Origin: Macrostomum hystrix
Lineage: Eukaryota > Animalia > Platyhelminthes
Direction: 5' to 3'
Assembly: GCA_950097015.1 (NCBI GenBank)
Contig: CATNEN010000039.1
Span: forward strand, 868,001-932,000
Length of the DNA stretch: 64,000 nucleotides
This document shows positions 1 through 13,041 of this stretch, one piece after another. Numbering within the stretch: the first letter of the stretch is position 1; the number at the start of each line of letters is the position of its first letter. The position numbers were made by a program, and so were the translations under genes. Below the pieces are notes generated by a model. That model made no database searches. It was not told where the DNA came from and worked only from the letters and a program-made list of their open reading frames with translations.

Positions 1-173
1 CGAAGGGAGCAAAGTGAGGCTCAATAGAAAGGCCTCATAAAATTTGAGGTGGAGAGAATGATTGAGGCTGAAGCTCTGCATAATCTAACGATGAGAACTT
101 GCATGAGAGTGAGTACTCAGGGGTCGGAGGGATGTGTACTATTACTGAGTGCAGATGTGTGCTAAGTGCTCAC

Positions 174-3100
174 CATGGCAGCATCAGAGGCCTCCTTCAG
201 CCTGGCATAATCCGACTGCTTGAAGATGCGCTTTTTCTCCTTCTTCTTCTTGCCAGTGCGAATGTGCGACACGGCCTTGTACCAGCGGCCGCCCATCCTG
301 CGCACGCGGCGCATGCACAGCATGATGACAATGTTTTCACCCAGCTTAGGCGGGCAGCGAGCTGCTCCGCTGCCGCTGGCGCCGCTGCTCCGATGATGCT
401 GGACAGATGACAGCGAGGAGGGGGCAGCAGGGGTCAGCGGATGCTGATGCTGCTGATAGCCCTGACGCTGGTGATGCTGGTGAAGCTGCTGATGATGACT
501 TTGATGATGGTGAAGATGGTGTTGGTACTGCTGTTGGTGGTGATGATGCAGTGCCGATGAGGACGGCGGATGCGGCGGATGTGGCGGTAGCGGCGGCAGC
601 GGCGGTGCCAGATGGGGATGCAGCGGCGGAGCCGGACCTGCGGGATGATGAGGATGATGGTGGTGGTGCGGTACACCGCCACCGCCGCCAACACCTGCTG
701 CTGCGGCTGCTGCGGCGGCGGCTGCTGCGGCGGCGGCTGCTGCGGCTGCCGCGGCCGAGTAGGGCGAAGAGGCTGAGCCCTGGTCCAGCAGCGGGTGCGA
801 GTGGGCACCCATCTGGAAGCAGAGCATTTAGATTTTGCTTTTCCTTTCCGCTGTTATCAGTTCTAGTGGATCGTAATTAATCGGTTTTAAGTTTCGCAAC
901 CTCCTAAAATGGTAATAATAAAGAGAATCTCAAGGCGATAAAATAAGGAAATAAAGTGGGCCAATCGCAGGAGAAATCAGGCGGCTGGCAATAACTCTAG
1001 CGCAGTTATCAAAATGGCCGACTTATACTCGCGCGAAATGGCGGGCCAGAGGGGGGCTGGACTGCTGCTCTCAATGCGGACAAACGACAGCGGGGCCGTT
1101 TTCGATTCAGACAGTTCAAGCGGCAGAATTAGCGGGCGATAACAGCCACGGCAGGTTGGGCTCCGAGTCTCTGACAGACCTCTCATAAACATATATATAC
1201 GATATACTGATGGAAATGTCCCACCCAGTCTAGCTGACGCGCAGCGAAAACTTAAACGAAATAAACACCAGCCCAGGCCTTCTAACACCTCCACCTCATC
1301 CTCCGCCTCTTTAACTGGCAACCAACCTTCCATCAACCGAAAGCCGTCAGCCAACTGCATTGCAGTATCGCAGACCCCCGCAATGCTTAGTTGGTTTGGG
1401 GAGGTTGGGGAATAGGGGAACAGTGAGCGAGAGACTGGGTGACTAAACACACTGTGTATTGGCGAGCTGGCAACAGATTTTTTTCAACCAAAACTCGTGG
1501 CCGGTGGGTCACGGGGATGGAGGGGGAGTGCGAATCAGATTTCCACGCTCAGGGTAGGAGAGCTCGGAAATTCGGGGCCTCTGGTTCCCCAATTTACAGG
1601 CACTGAATGGCAGCCAGGCTCGCCTCACTTTAGCTCTTCCGCTTAGCAGTTGGGCAAGGCACACTAATTTCCCCAGGATTTTGCGGTTTGCCCGCTGGCT
1701 AAGCATTTTGGCCATAACGGTGGTAGCCACAAAGCTAGCAGACTAGCTATCAGATTGCACTTCTTAGGGAGAATGCTAAGAATGCCAGTACTAGGCAGTC
1801 ATGGGTCTGCATCTGCAGCGACAAAATCGGTAAAATTGGGCATTGGGTAAAATCAATCTCTCAGAAGGGGCCTGGACAGCAAAAGTTGAAGTTTCGAAAA
1901 TTCCGCAGACGCGGGGCCGTAGCCAAACAGAGTCGAAGCGGCCGCCCCGATGACGTAATAGCTCTCTCAGTGGCCCACCCTGCCCCATAAGCGAAAGTTG
2001 CATCACCACTTTCGCAGACTGCGAACTCAGCGCGCAGGAGGATTTCAATACATGAAGCTCCAACTAACAGTACAAGGACACGCAGACTGCAAGTCGCAGT
2101 TTTCTGGTCTGGGAATCAATCATCGCCTGTATATAAGCTGCGGACTGCTGGGAACGATCCAATCTTCTTGCCTGGATTGAGTGGCACAGCCAGCTGCGCG
2201 AGGCAATGCACAGCCTGGCACCTCTACCGGACAGGGCGGGGCCGAGCCCGCATTGCAGCTTGTCTGCGCCAACTAGCTGAGAAAATACAGTAAAGCGATA
2301 CAGGCTGATGCTCGCGATGCCGCAGCATCCTTACGGCAAGGCCAAACTGCGCTGGGGATGTAACACAAGCCTTAAAAAGCCATGACGAGAACGGGAAAAG
2401 CCATGAAGACTTCCAAAACAACACACATTGTTGCACAGGCAGAAGCAGTGAGGGTGGCGATTTTGGAAACCTGGAGGGCCAGCGAGACAGGAAAGGAAAT
2501 TCGGCAGCCAACTTAGTCAGCCAAAGCGAAAGCGATGCGATAGGCAAGAGGAGTTGGAGCCGCAACCACAGATCAAAGCATCAGAGGGCAGATTACAACG
2601 CTGACAGATGCCAGCACAGTTGGAAGTTGCCTCTCTCCCGATCTTCCAGGCTTCGCTGTCGGCAGTGCAACCAGCCTTGCAACCAGCCCACCAGATTGTG
2701 GGCAAACTTTGACAGTCCGCAAAAGTGCATCATTATAGCACTGAGAATTATTGTTAAGCCAACGGACTTAAGCCAGCAGTCGCATTAACGGACTAGGTTA
2801 AAGAAAACAAAAAGCTAATAATTGTTTTTATACTCTGTAACACGGACTAAGCTGTATATAAGCTTAAAGCTTAAAGCTTAAAGGGGTAACTTGTCGAGCG
2901 TAAAATGACGAATCGTCTAAGCCTCGAAGCAATAGTTGAAAGAACATATTTGGTGCTTCCAGCGGTATGTTTCCGATGTGCTATCAGGTTAAGAACAGCC
3001 CATGAAACTAAACCGAAGAGCACCAACTTTCTGTGTTTTTCTCTCACCAGCGAATAAAAATAGTGCAGGCGCGACAGAGGGTGATGCGCCAGGCCAGGCG

Positions 3101-3320
3101 GAGGTGGCGGCAGCGGCCGCGGGTGCAGCGGCGGATGATGAGGCGGTAAGTGGCCAAGAAACGGAGAGGGAGGGGCCGGCCCGATTGCGGCTGCAGCGGC
3201 GGCTGCAGCAACAGCGGCAGCAGCCGAAGGAACAGAAGAAGAAGACGAAGAAGTTGAACAAGCCGGCTGAGCCGGTCCCGACTGCGAGGATCCGAAGAGT
3301 TTCGAGCTGCCGAACAGCAT
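174..3320 (-). CDS. Partial spliced gene for a His/Pro/Ala/Gln-rich putative DNA-binding protein (exons ~3320-3048 and 812-174; continues left)
   Basis: Poly-Ala/His/Pro ORFs. Donor CTG|GTGAGA at 3048, acceptor TTCCAG| at 813 and donor ATG|GTGAGC at 174 are all phase 0. A basic domain ends the second exon. Start codon and exon linkage are inferred. Confidence 0.6.
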
Positions 3321-6300
3321 GTCGCCGAAGTCTATCTGAGCAGCTGTTCCAGCCGGGCAATGCAACTTAAGCCTGCGATGTGAGCTGCGCGGTGAGAAGC
3401 TGCAAGCGGCCCAGTCATTAAGAGGCCGGACCCGGAGGGGTGGCTGGCAGGAGCTGGAGGCGGGGCAGGCAACAGGAGATCTGCTGTGCTGCTCCCAGCT
3501 AATCCCATCCAGCCAACCAGCACGTCTTCAGTTCAGCGCTGCTCAAGGAACCGGCCGCACCCACCTTCCTACGCGGCCGCCATCGAAGCCGCCCACAATA
3601 TCTGCTTGATTTCCAGCATCGCATCCATCCGGCGTGAGGAAGAGAGTAAGCGGAGCGGAGGTGGAATGGGGAAGGCGGATGAGCTGCTCAGCCAGTGGCA
3701 TTGCTCCGCGGCGCCTCCCCTTACACAGGCTTCTGCCAAACCTGCCCAGTATTCTCAACTACTATAATTCAAAGCTTTTCAGATTCCCATAGCTTGGCTG
3801 AAAACTGCACAGTAAAATAATCGCTGACCACTCAATTTAGATTTCAAGTTAGAATTCTCGAAATAGTTATAACGAAATAGGGACATTTCCGAGATGTTTG
3901 AGCACGTGCTCTGCACAAAAATATTACCAGCGTCAAATATTAAGGAAGGTAATGAGGAAAGGAAGAAGATAAATTAAGGAACATTATACAAGTATAATAT
4001 TTAGAGATTATACCATTGATTGAATTTTACTGCTCACTTTTGAAGATCCTTAATAGAGTTCCACAAACTAGAAAACTAAGCAAACTGAATACACATACTC
4101 TGCTACTTTAAGTAATCAAGTAGGAATAGGAAAATGTATGCATAGACATGTTTCAGCAAATGAGTATAAAAACAAAGATTTGAAATCTAATTGCATTGAA
4201 TGAAAATAAACTTACTATTTTATTTTGAAGTTTCATTAAAAATCATATTCAATAAACTGAATTTTCAATAATAATATACATAAAAATTGCTTAAGTTTGG
4301 GTAATAGAAAGTAAAAAGCTAATGAGGCATTAATATTATTTACAAAATATCTCTATCACGCCATACCTAAAATAACTTGACTACTCAACATACCATCAGC
4401 TATTGGCTAATACAGTGAATTGGCATTAAAATATGGATTAAACATTTAGTAATATACAGAGCATAGAAATACCTAGTGTGAAATTCATTTTTCCTGGGCA
4501 CATTGTGCAAAAATTTTGTATGATTTATTATACAGAAATAATAATTCATTTTGCTTCCATTCTAACAATTATATAGCACCCAGAATCAGATTTCAATAGA
4601 TACCTAGCTAAACATATTTTGAACATTATAACACTTATAAAAAGTTCAATGTGATAACAACTCTAAAAATGGAGTCAATCTCTTAAGAATTTATTGCTTT
4701 GTTCTCTCTATGAGCAATTTTTCATTTTGTAGTCTTGCTTGGGTGATTTGTTCTAAATAACAAAAACATCATCCTACCTTGAATATAAAAAATATTCTTA
4801 ATCTGGTAAAATCTATCAAAATGTAATTTTTACATGTCAATTTAAATGTAAATTTATTTATTTTATTAAAAAGACATGTGCATCAAATTAGATCATGAAT
4901 TGATGAATAACCCAATGCTTGTATGTGTGTGAGGCCAAAGAGCCAAAACTGATATTACTTTGTGTTAAAGAAGTAAATATATATATTGCTGTAGACCTAT
5001 GGAGTCCGCAGTACCCATCACTATCAGTGCAACTGCCTTTGCCAATCTCATTTCCCCCACAAGGAAGGTCCCAACACTGCTCAATTTGCCCCTATCAGAG
5101 TATGTGTAGAAGCTGTCTAAGTGGGCCTAAGCTGTCTAAGCTGTCAAAGTCATCAGCACCTGCAAGGCTCACTTGTCAGGCTTCACATAGAACCTAGGAA
5201 CCAATTTGCCAAATTTGGACCAAACTTTAGCATTGCAATGCATAGGCCTGGCAAGCAGTTAAGTAGCCTTGGAAAGCTAAAAATGAAAGATAAATGAAAC
5301 AAGGGTGCTGTTAATTTGAATTTGTCTTAAAAATGTACGACCATAAAGAAATTTGAAAGAATTCAGTGAAATAATTAATAATAATTTTAACAGCACTATC
5401 ACTGCATAGAACCCTTTCTCTAGTTTGCTATAGGTGTCCTCTAACCTAAACCTAACTGTGAGTAGGCAGTGGCCTGTCTCAGCTACATGCTGGAAGCTAA
5501 CTTTACTGGTTTGTACTCTGTATACCAATATGTCAGAAAGGTTTTGAAGAAAAAAATTTACACTACACTACCAAAAAGGGGTTTCTTGTTAAATATTGCT
5601 TAAATGCATAATACTGGCAATTTTACTTTGTAATAAGGCATAGTTTTTAGTTAAAATGAGAACATTTTTGATTCTACTTTTGTCTGTTTTCAGTTGTAAG
5701 TATTGAAAATGTTTTTGCAATACAATCCTCTAAGGATTTTAAAGTACTTTATTGCTGAATTTATAAAGTATGATAAATGATAAATAAAGTATTATAAATG
5801 AAAAGCAAAATTAAAATTTAAAGATAGTCAAATAATCTGTCAAAACAAACAAATTACAAATTAACAAAAAAATAAAATAGTTAAAAATAAAACCTATGTA
5901 CACTTTTAAATGGTATTATTTGCTTTTACAAAACAAAACAAGTAAAAACAATTAAACTATTAGGTGATAAAGTATGCTCAAAAAATGTAGCTGCTTACAA
6001 TATTAGGTATAACACCAGTCCTATAGTATACTATCACATATATGGCTTATTCATGGGTCATTATGCATTATGCTAAATGTATTATGTCAATATGCTATTG
6101 CACTTGATAGAAGTTCTAAAAAATCAATGGTACACCACTGAATACCAAAAAGTGAAAATGCATGTTGTAAATTTTGGGCATTCTATATACCAAATACACT
6201 GTGGGGCACAGTGTCAGTGTGCACTATAGAGAAAATTTTAGGGAGACAAACTGCACCAACTTTGTGCCAACTATGTGCTGTCTAGGCACTAGGCTCTATG

Positions 6301-8566
6301 TGTGCCATAGGGGGCCTATGTACAATGCAGAATGCACAATGTACAATATCTACTATGCATAGGGCCAGCTTAATAGGCCTAAAGGACTTATGCACGAATG
6401 TACCACAAAGGAGCTATAAGTAGAAAGCAGCTAGGAGACAGTTATAAGACATTATAATGATCTTATATAATATAGCTAAGGCCAAGGCAAGACAACTTTA
6501 ACTTTTAGGGCCTGCCCTATTTAGATTTCATAGTAATTTTTTCACATTTCACATCAAAAGGGTTATTGTTAGGCTAGTTAGTTCAACAAAAATACAATGA
6601 GCTTTTAAAAGTTTTAACCACGATTTCAGTTTTAGCAAATATCAGTGTTTGATCATCAGTTTTAGAAGGTTAAAATTTTACATTTATGTGGTTTTAGCTA
6701 GCCCATCACCTTTTTACTATTTACACATATATTATTTTACATTACAACAACAAAATAGTACAAAAGTGTAATAATTACATTGACAGATATATTGCCTTGC
6801 TCTTGTAGGTTGCTTTTGTGAGTCAATAATAAAAATTTGAAGCCAAGGTTAGGCCTATCAGAAAACAAAATAAAAAATATATAAACCTGGGGTTCGTAAA
6901 AAAATATTGTACTTTAAATAGCAACAAGGTCTAGCTTTCTATTGCACAAAACTGCACTGGCCCCAGCTCCACTGAATTATTGCACATCTAGTGCTCAGGT
7001 AGGCCAATAATTTATGCTCAGCACTAACAGTAAAAGGTAAGTAGGCCCCTAAGGTTTGTGAAAGAGAAAACTTTTTAAAGAAAGAAACTAGAAAGAGAAA
7101 GCTATACCAATAGGCCTCTGGCCTTATTGGCCTTAGTTATACAAACAAAATCACTTTCACATTTCACAATTTGAAAACTAAAATGTGTTACATAAGTTAA
7201 AGAGATCAAGACATACTTTAGAATATAAGCAAGTCAGTAAGTAATTTTAGTTTTCATATAAGAATAAATGAATATATATAGGCCCTACACTTAAGTTTTT
7301 AAGCAGCCTTTAATTTATCTGCTAGTTTAGTCAGCAGTCACGCTAACGCGCTACTGAAAAATTCAATATGTTTTCTAGAACATTTCTTTGAAAGAAAATG
7401 TCTTTGAAGTGTAACGAAACCGCTATTTCAAACATTCCGCAAAATTGACGTATGCCTAAGATCCGAAAGAAAGCTACACATACTAGTTTAGCGTAAATAA
7501 GCGATGCAAAACCCCACAAAATGTACAACAAAACGTATAGTATAAGATAGACAGCTTTGCTAGAGGCAAACGTCCTGCTAGCAACCTTTGCTGAATCGCT
7601 GTGTAATATAACATGAATGTCCTAGCTGGAGCGTGAGGAATTTAAATCAAGCGACTATTAACTATTCACATGGGGTCGGTTTCTACTAATATTTTAGTAG
7701 CAGCATGCAGGGGCGACCTGAAAATAAATAACGTTAAGGATTTGGGTAGCGAGATACCGAGATAACAGATAACCAACGAAGACCAGCGCGTCGTCCTCCG
7801 GCCCAGCGAAACTCCCAACGAAAAAGAACGAACACAGGGTGAAGAAAAGACTCGGAAGGAGTCTTATTCTAGATATAGAATAAGATTTGATTTGACTCTC
7901 GTTTACTTACTCAACTTGATACAAAAGGTTACACACGACAAAAATGAGGACAGAAAATATAGAGCGAGAAGCAAAAGTAGATCCGGGGAAGTCAGAAAAA
8001 AGATTTTACTCAAACTGGCCTTGTCCACGCCCTACTCTTCCCGAGAGGCTCTTGTTGTCTCTGCTTTCAACGCTGCCCCGACAGATTCATCGGTTGGTAC
8101 TCGATCCTTCTGCCTGACGTCGGAGTCTCCATTAAGAGCACGCACTGACTTTGACCACAAGCGCCTTTCTAGACCACCCTTGTAAGCGCGGCGTACTCTC
8201 AAGACGTGTAGCGCCGTAAGCAACCCAACTGAACAAGCGGAGTGTGGTCGGGGCGGGGGGGACAAAACAAAGTGGACTTGCTTGCACATGCTTCTCACGT
8301 AGTGAGGCGGATTGCGGAGAGTGCAAAACACTCTTTCTTATTGTAAGACGCTGGTTTGTCAGGTAGCATGCACACAAAACGCGAAGAGCCATACCGGCTC
8401 GCTAGCACTATTATATTTGGCCAGAAACACTGGGGTGGGCGTACCCACCCCCCAATCACGCCACGAAAGCACGCACGCAGGCGTGTACGCTCTACCCCCC
8501 GCAGTGTACACTGCGGGCCGCGAACTCTAAGCTGCTTACACTACTTTCCCCCTAGAAGCAGTTCAG

Positions 8567-11500
8567 TCAAGCAAAGCCAGCCATGTAAAAGTCAGGAGGC
8601 CGGCGTTCTCTCGCCGAGCGTCGGAGAGCCTCGGCCGGCTCGGGCGGGGCCGCCGGCGGATCATCGGGCTGCACGTTTTGGTCCGGTTCCGGCCAGCCGA
8701 CCACCGCATCGCCACCCGGGTCAGCCGCTGGACTGGGCGGTCGCACGGCGAGGCCGTTGGCGTTCGTGTCGGCATCGGCGGCAGCAGGCAGCTCCAGCGA
8801 CGGCCGCCGCTGAATGAAGAGTCGGAGCCGGTCGTGGTGCACCACCAGCTTGCGCCGGCGGCCTGCCTGGTCCTGGATGCGGTAGTTCACCTCGCCGAGG
8901 CGCCGCAGGATCCGATACGGCCCCTTCCATTTGTCGCTGAGGCACCGCGTCTGGCCGCGCTTGACGACGGAGTTGCGCAGCATTATCAGCTGGCCCTCTT
9001 CAAACGGCACGAATCTGGCACCCTGGTTGACTCGCTGGTTGCGCGCCGCCTGGGCGTCCCGCAGCCGGCCGTGCACCGCGTCAAAGGCGCCCTGCAGGTT
9101 CGCTTGCGTCTGCTGCAGAAAGTCGTGCGGGCTGCCGCTCGCCGCCTTGTCGCCGTCCACAGCCAGCTGTCGAGCGCCAGCCGCGGCGGCCAGCCATGCA
9201 GGACCTGGTACGGGCTGAGGCCGGTGGTGCTGTGCACAGAGGTGTTATAGGCCCAGGTAACGTAGTGCAGCTTCCGGTCCCAGTCCTGCTGGCTCTCCGA
9301 CACGACCGTCGCCAGCATGTCGCCCAGTGTCCGGTTGCCGCGCTCCACGACGCCGTTGCCGCTTGGGTGGAATGGCGATGTGCGAGTTTTCTCGATGCCC
9401 AGCTGCTCGCAGAGCCGGACGAAGACGTCGCTCTCAAACTGCCGTCCTTGGTCGCTGTGCAGCACTTGTGGGGCACCGTGCCGCAGCACAACGGCTCTGA
9501 GCAGCGCATCCGCCACCGTCACGGCGTCGATCGTCGCCAGCGCCGTTGTCTCCATCCACTTGGAGAAGGTGTCGCACATGCTGAGGATGTAGGCGTTGCC
9601 GTCTGTCGTGCGCGGCAGCGGGCCTTTAATATCGATCTGCACCTGCTGCCAAGGCGCTGTCGGCTGGCCTGTCGTCTGCAGCGGTGCCCGCTGCGGCCTA
9701 GTCGGACTCTTCTTGGTTAGGCAGGCGGCGCAGCTCGCCACCCAGTTCTCCGCGTCCCGCCGCAGGCCCGGCCACCAGCAGCGCTCCGCCAGCCTCGCCA
9801 CCGTCCTGTCAACACCGAGGTGGGCGCTCTGGTCGCTGGAATGCGCCTCCTGCAGGAAGTGCGGCCGCAGGTGGCTGGGAATGACCGGCTTGCCGTGGAA
9901 CAGCAGGACGCCCGCCGTACTTATTGATGCCCCGTCCAGCAGCTCGCGAACCTGCGCCGCCCAGGTGTCAGACAGATTGTCGATTCCTGTCGCTAGCGCA
10001 TGGAACGCCTTGCTCAGTAGCGTGTCCTGCCGCTGCTCCTCATGCAGGCGCGCGGCCTCCCAGCGGGGCTGCAGGCGCGTGCCGGCCACCCGGCTCAGTG
10101 CGTCCGGCACAACGTTCTCCCGGCCTGGCCGGTACAGCAGCGAGAAGGAGAACTGCTGCAGCGTAGACAGCCACCGCGCCAGCCTGCCTTCCGGGTCCTT
10201 GGTCGCCAGCAGTCCCTGAAGCGGCCGATGGTCGGAGTAGACGGTGAAGCTGGGAACACTGAGCAAGTACGTTCTGAAGTGCTTCAAGCTCCACACCAGC
10301 GCCAGCAGCTCCCGGTCTGTCGCCGAGTAATTTCGCTCCGCCTTGTTGAGCGTGCGCGATGCGAAAGCCACAGGCAGCTCAGCGTCCCCGTGCAACTGGC
10401 TGAGCACGGCGCCCACTGCGAACTGGCTGCTGTCGCAGCTCAAAATGAACTGCTTGCTGAAGTCGGGCAGCCGCAGCACCGGGGCAGTCGTCAACTTGTC
10501 CTTCAGCTCGTTGAACGCCCGCTCGCAACTGCTGCTCCATCTAAAGTCTCTCGCTGTCTGGCTGATGTCGTGCAGCACCCTCGCAGTCTGGCTGAAGTCC
10601 TGGATGAAGCGGCGATAGAAGCCTAGCATGCCGAGGAACCGCTTCACCTCCTCTGCTGTCGTCGGGCTGGGCATGCTGCGGATGGCGTCCACCTTGCTCG
10701 GGTCTGGCGCGATGCCCTGCTCGCTGACCCGGTGCCCCAGGTACAGCACCTGGCGGTGGCCGAAGACACTCTTCGCCCTGTGCAGCTTGAGCCCGGCCCC
10801 TCGAAGCCGCTGAAGGACCTGTGCTAGCCGCGCCAGATGCTCGTTGAAGGTTCTGCTGAAGACGATGATGTCGTCGATGTAGGTCAGCACCACCTCCCAG
10901 GATAAGCCGGACATGACGAGCTCCATAAGGCGCTGAAATGTCGCTGGGGCGTTGCACATCCCGAAGCCCATCTTGCGGAACTGCATCAGGCCGCGGGTGG
11001 AGTAGAAGGCAGTCTTTGGCCGGTCTTCCTCTGCCACCTCCACCTGGTGATAACCCTGCCGGCAATCGATGGTGGAGAACCAGGAACAGCCGACCAGTGC
11101 ATCCATGGCTTGCTGCAGATGCGGCAGCGGGTAGGCGTCCTTGACTGTGCAGGCGTTCAGCTGTCGCCAGTCGGTGCAGAGCCTGATGTCGCCGTTCTTC
11201 TTGCGCACCACCAGGAGGTTGCTGGCCCAAGGAGACATGGACGGCTCGATGATGCCGCTGTCCAGCATCTGGCCGATCTTCTTGTCTACCTGGTCCCGCA
11301 CGGACAGAGGCAGACGTCGCTGAACCTGCCTGTGCGGCCGCGTTCCGGGCTCCAGATCTATCCTGTGCTGCAGCAGCTCCGTCGTGCCCAGGTCGTACTC
11401 GTGCCTTGCGAAAAGGTCCTCGTTTTGCTCCAGCAGCTGGCGCAGCTTCTCCGCATCCGCCTCGGACAGCTCCGAGTTGATATTCCAGCCGAGGGGGTCC

Positions 11501-12258
11501 TCCTGGAGATAGTCGCTCCTCCCCCCGGCCATCGCACCCTCGAAAGTCCCGACGGCTTTATTGGCGTACAGCAGCACGGGCTCCTCGGCCAGGTTGCACA
11601 TCTTGACGGGGATTCGGCCGTCGTCCGAGATAGTCAGCACGCGCGCCGAAAGCACCGCCGTGGCTGCTACGAAGTCCTCGCAGGGCTCGAACACCCCCTG
11701 CTCTCGGCTGGAGTCCACCCGGAGCCATACGACCTTCTCGCTCCGCGCCGGCAGCTCCGTGTTGACCGCCACGCGCGCCACCAGAACGCTTGGCACCAGG
11801 CGGCAACTGGCCCGCGGCTGCTCGCTGCTGAAAGCCACCGTATCGCTGTCGAACCGGACGACGCCTTCCTTCATGTCGATGGTCACCGTCTGCGACACCC
11901 GGCCGATGAAGTCCATGCCGAGAATCAGTCTAGGCTGGATGCCGTCCACCACGGTAAAACTGTGCCGCGCTCGAATCGCGCTGCCGATCGCAACCTCCGC
12001 CGTCGTCAGGCCAAGGCAGCGCAGCCGCGAGCCGTCGACAGAGGTCGGCATGACGCTGATGTCGCTGCAGTCGAGCCGGCAGTCAAGCTTGTCGTACAGC
12101 GACTTGTCCATCAGCGAAATCTGCGCGCCCGTGTCCAGCAGGGCGGGCGAGCTGTGCCTGCCGAAACGCACTGGCACAAAGATGGACGACGCTGATCTGT
12201 GGGCCCCTTGAGAGGGGGTCGGCGCTGGCCCCAGGCTGCCGACCCTCAGCAGTTTCCC
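8567..12258 (-). CDS. pol: Pol (PR-RT-RNaseH-IN); 1-nt frameshift near 9160
   Basis: LLDTGA protease, YIDD RT, CDSS/DHRPL/DALSR RNase H, HHCC and DDE integrase. The C-terminal WKGPY motif lies in shifted ORF 8567-9160. Confidence 0.95.
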
Positions 12259-13041
12259 TGCGGCTGTGCAGCTGGTGTCGGGCAGACCGCCGCCGTGTGC
12301 CCCTTGCCTGAGCACCTGCTGCAGCGGGCTCCTGCCGCTCTCGGGCACTGCCTCGCGATGTGGCCAACTTCCCCGCAGCTGAAGCACTTGATGGCCCTTT
12401 GACGGCTTTCCTTGCCTGCGGCTCCCGTTCGCACACCTGCAGCCAGCTGCTGAACCTGCTGCTCCAGACGGCTGATCCGACTGTCCTCCGCCGTCACGGC
12501 TGCTGACGTCGCTGATGACTGGCGACTCACCAACTCAATGCGGGCCGCCCGGTCAATCAGGACTGTCAACGGACAGGAGTCCGCGTCCTGGTCTTTGAGC
12601 AGCGTATCTCTTACAGCTGCTGGGAGGAGGCGCATCAAGCGGAACTTCACGTCCTTCTCCCTGGCGTCCACAGAGTCGTCTGGCCGAGCCCGGAGGTGCA
12701 GCAGCTTGAGGTTGTACGCCAGCTCTCTCAAAGACTCATTTGGCCGACGTTTGCGTTCCTCAAACTCCTCCATCGCCCGGTAGCTGCTCAGGCTGTCGCC
12801 GAAGTGCCCGATGAGCTCCACCTTAAGCTGCTCGTAGCTCACTTTCTTTTCGTCTGGAAGTTCCCACACAAAGATCTGTGCCTCTCCAGACAGCAGCAGC
12901 TTCAACTTCTTCGCCTTCTTCTTATCGTCCCAGTCGCTGTCATCGGCGAAGTCTTCAAACATGCTTAGCCCACATTCTGACATTTGAGTCACTGCCGGCG
13001 CCGCTGAACTTTTGCGGCAGTAAAGATTCTTGCTTAGTCAT
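12246..13041 (-). CDS. gag: Gag with two CCHC zinc knuckles; 1-nt frameshift near 12970
   Basis: CFSCGEVGHIARQC and CSRCSGKGHTAAVC. The ATG at 13041 just after the PBS reads MTKQESLLPQKFSG..W and then continues in another frame (LSMFEDF). Confidence 0.9.

Noticed and set aside
810-820. Trans-splice acceptor directly before the ATG at 812
   Set aside because: A phase-compatible upstream exon with a donor at 3048 explains it as ordinary cis-splicing.
8678-12402. Multiple + strand ORFs over the Gypsy element
   Set aside because: Antisense shadows of GC-rich pol with no domain motifs.
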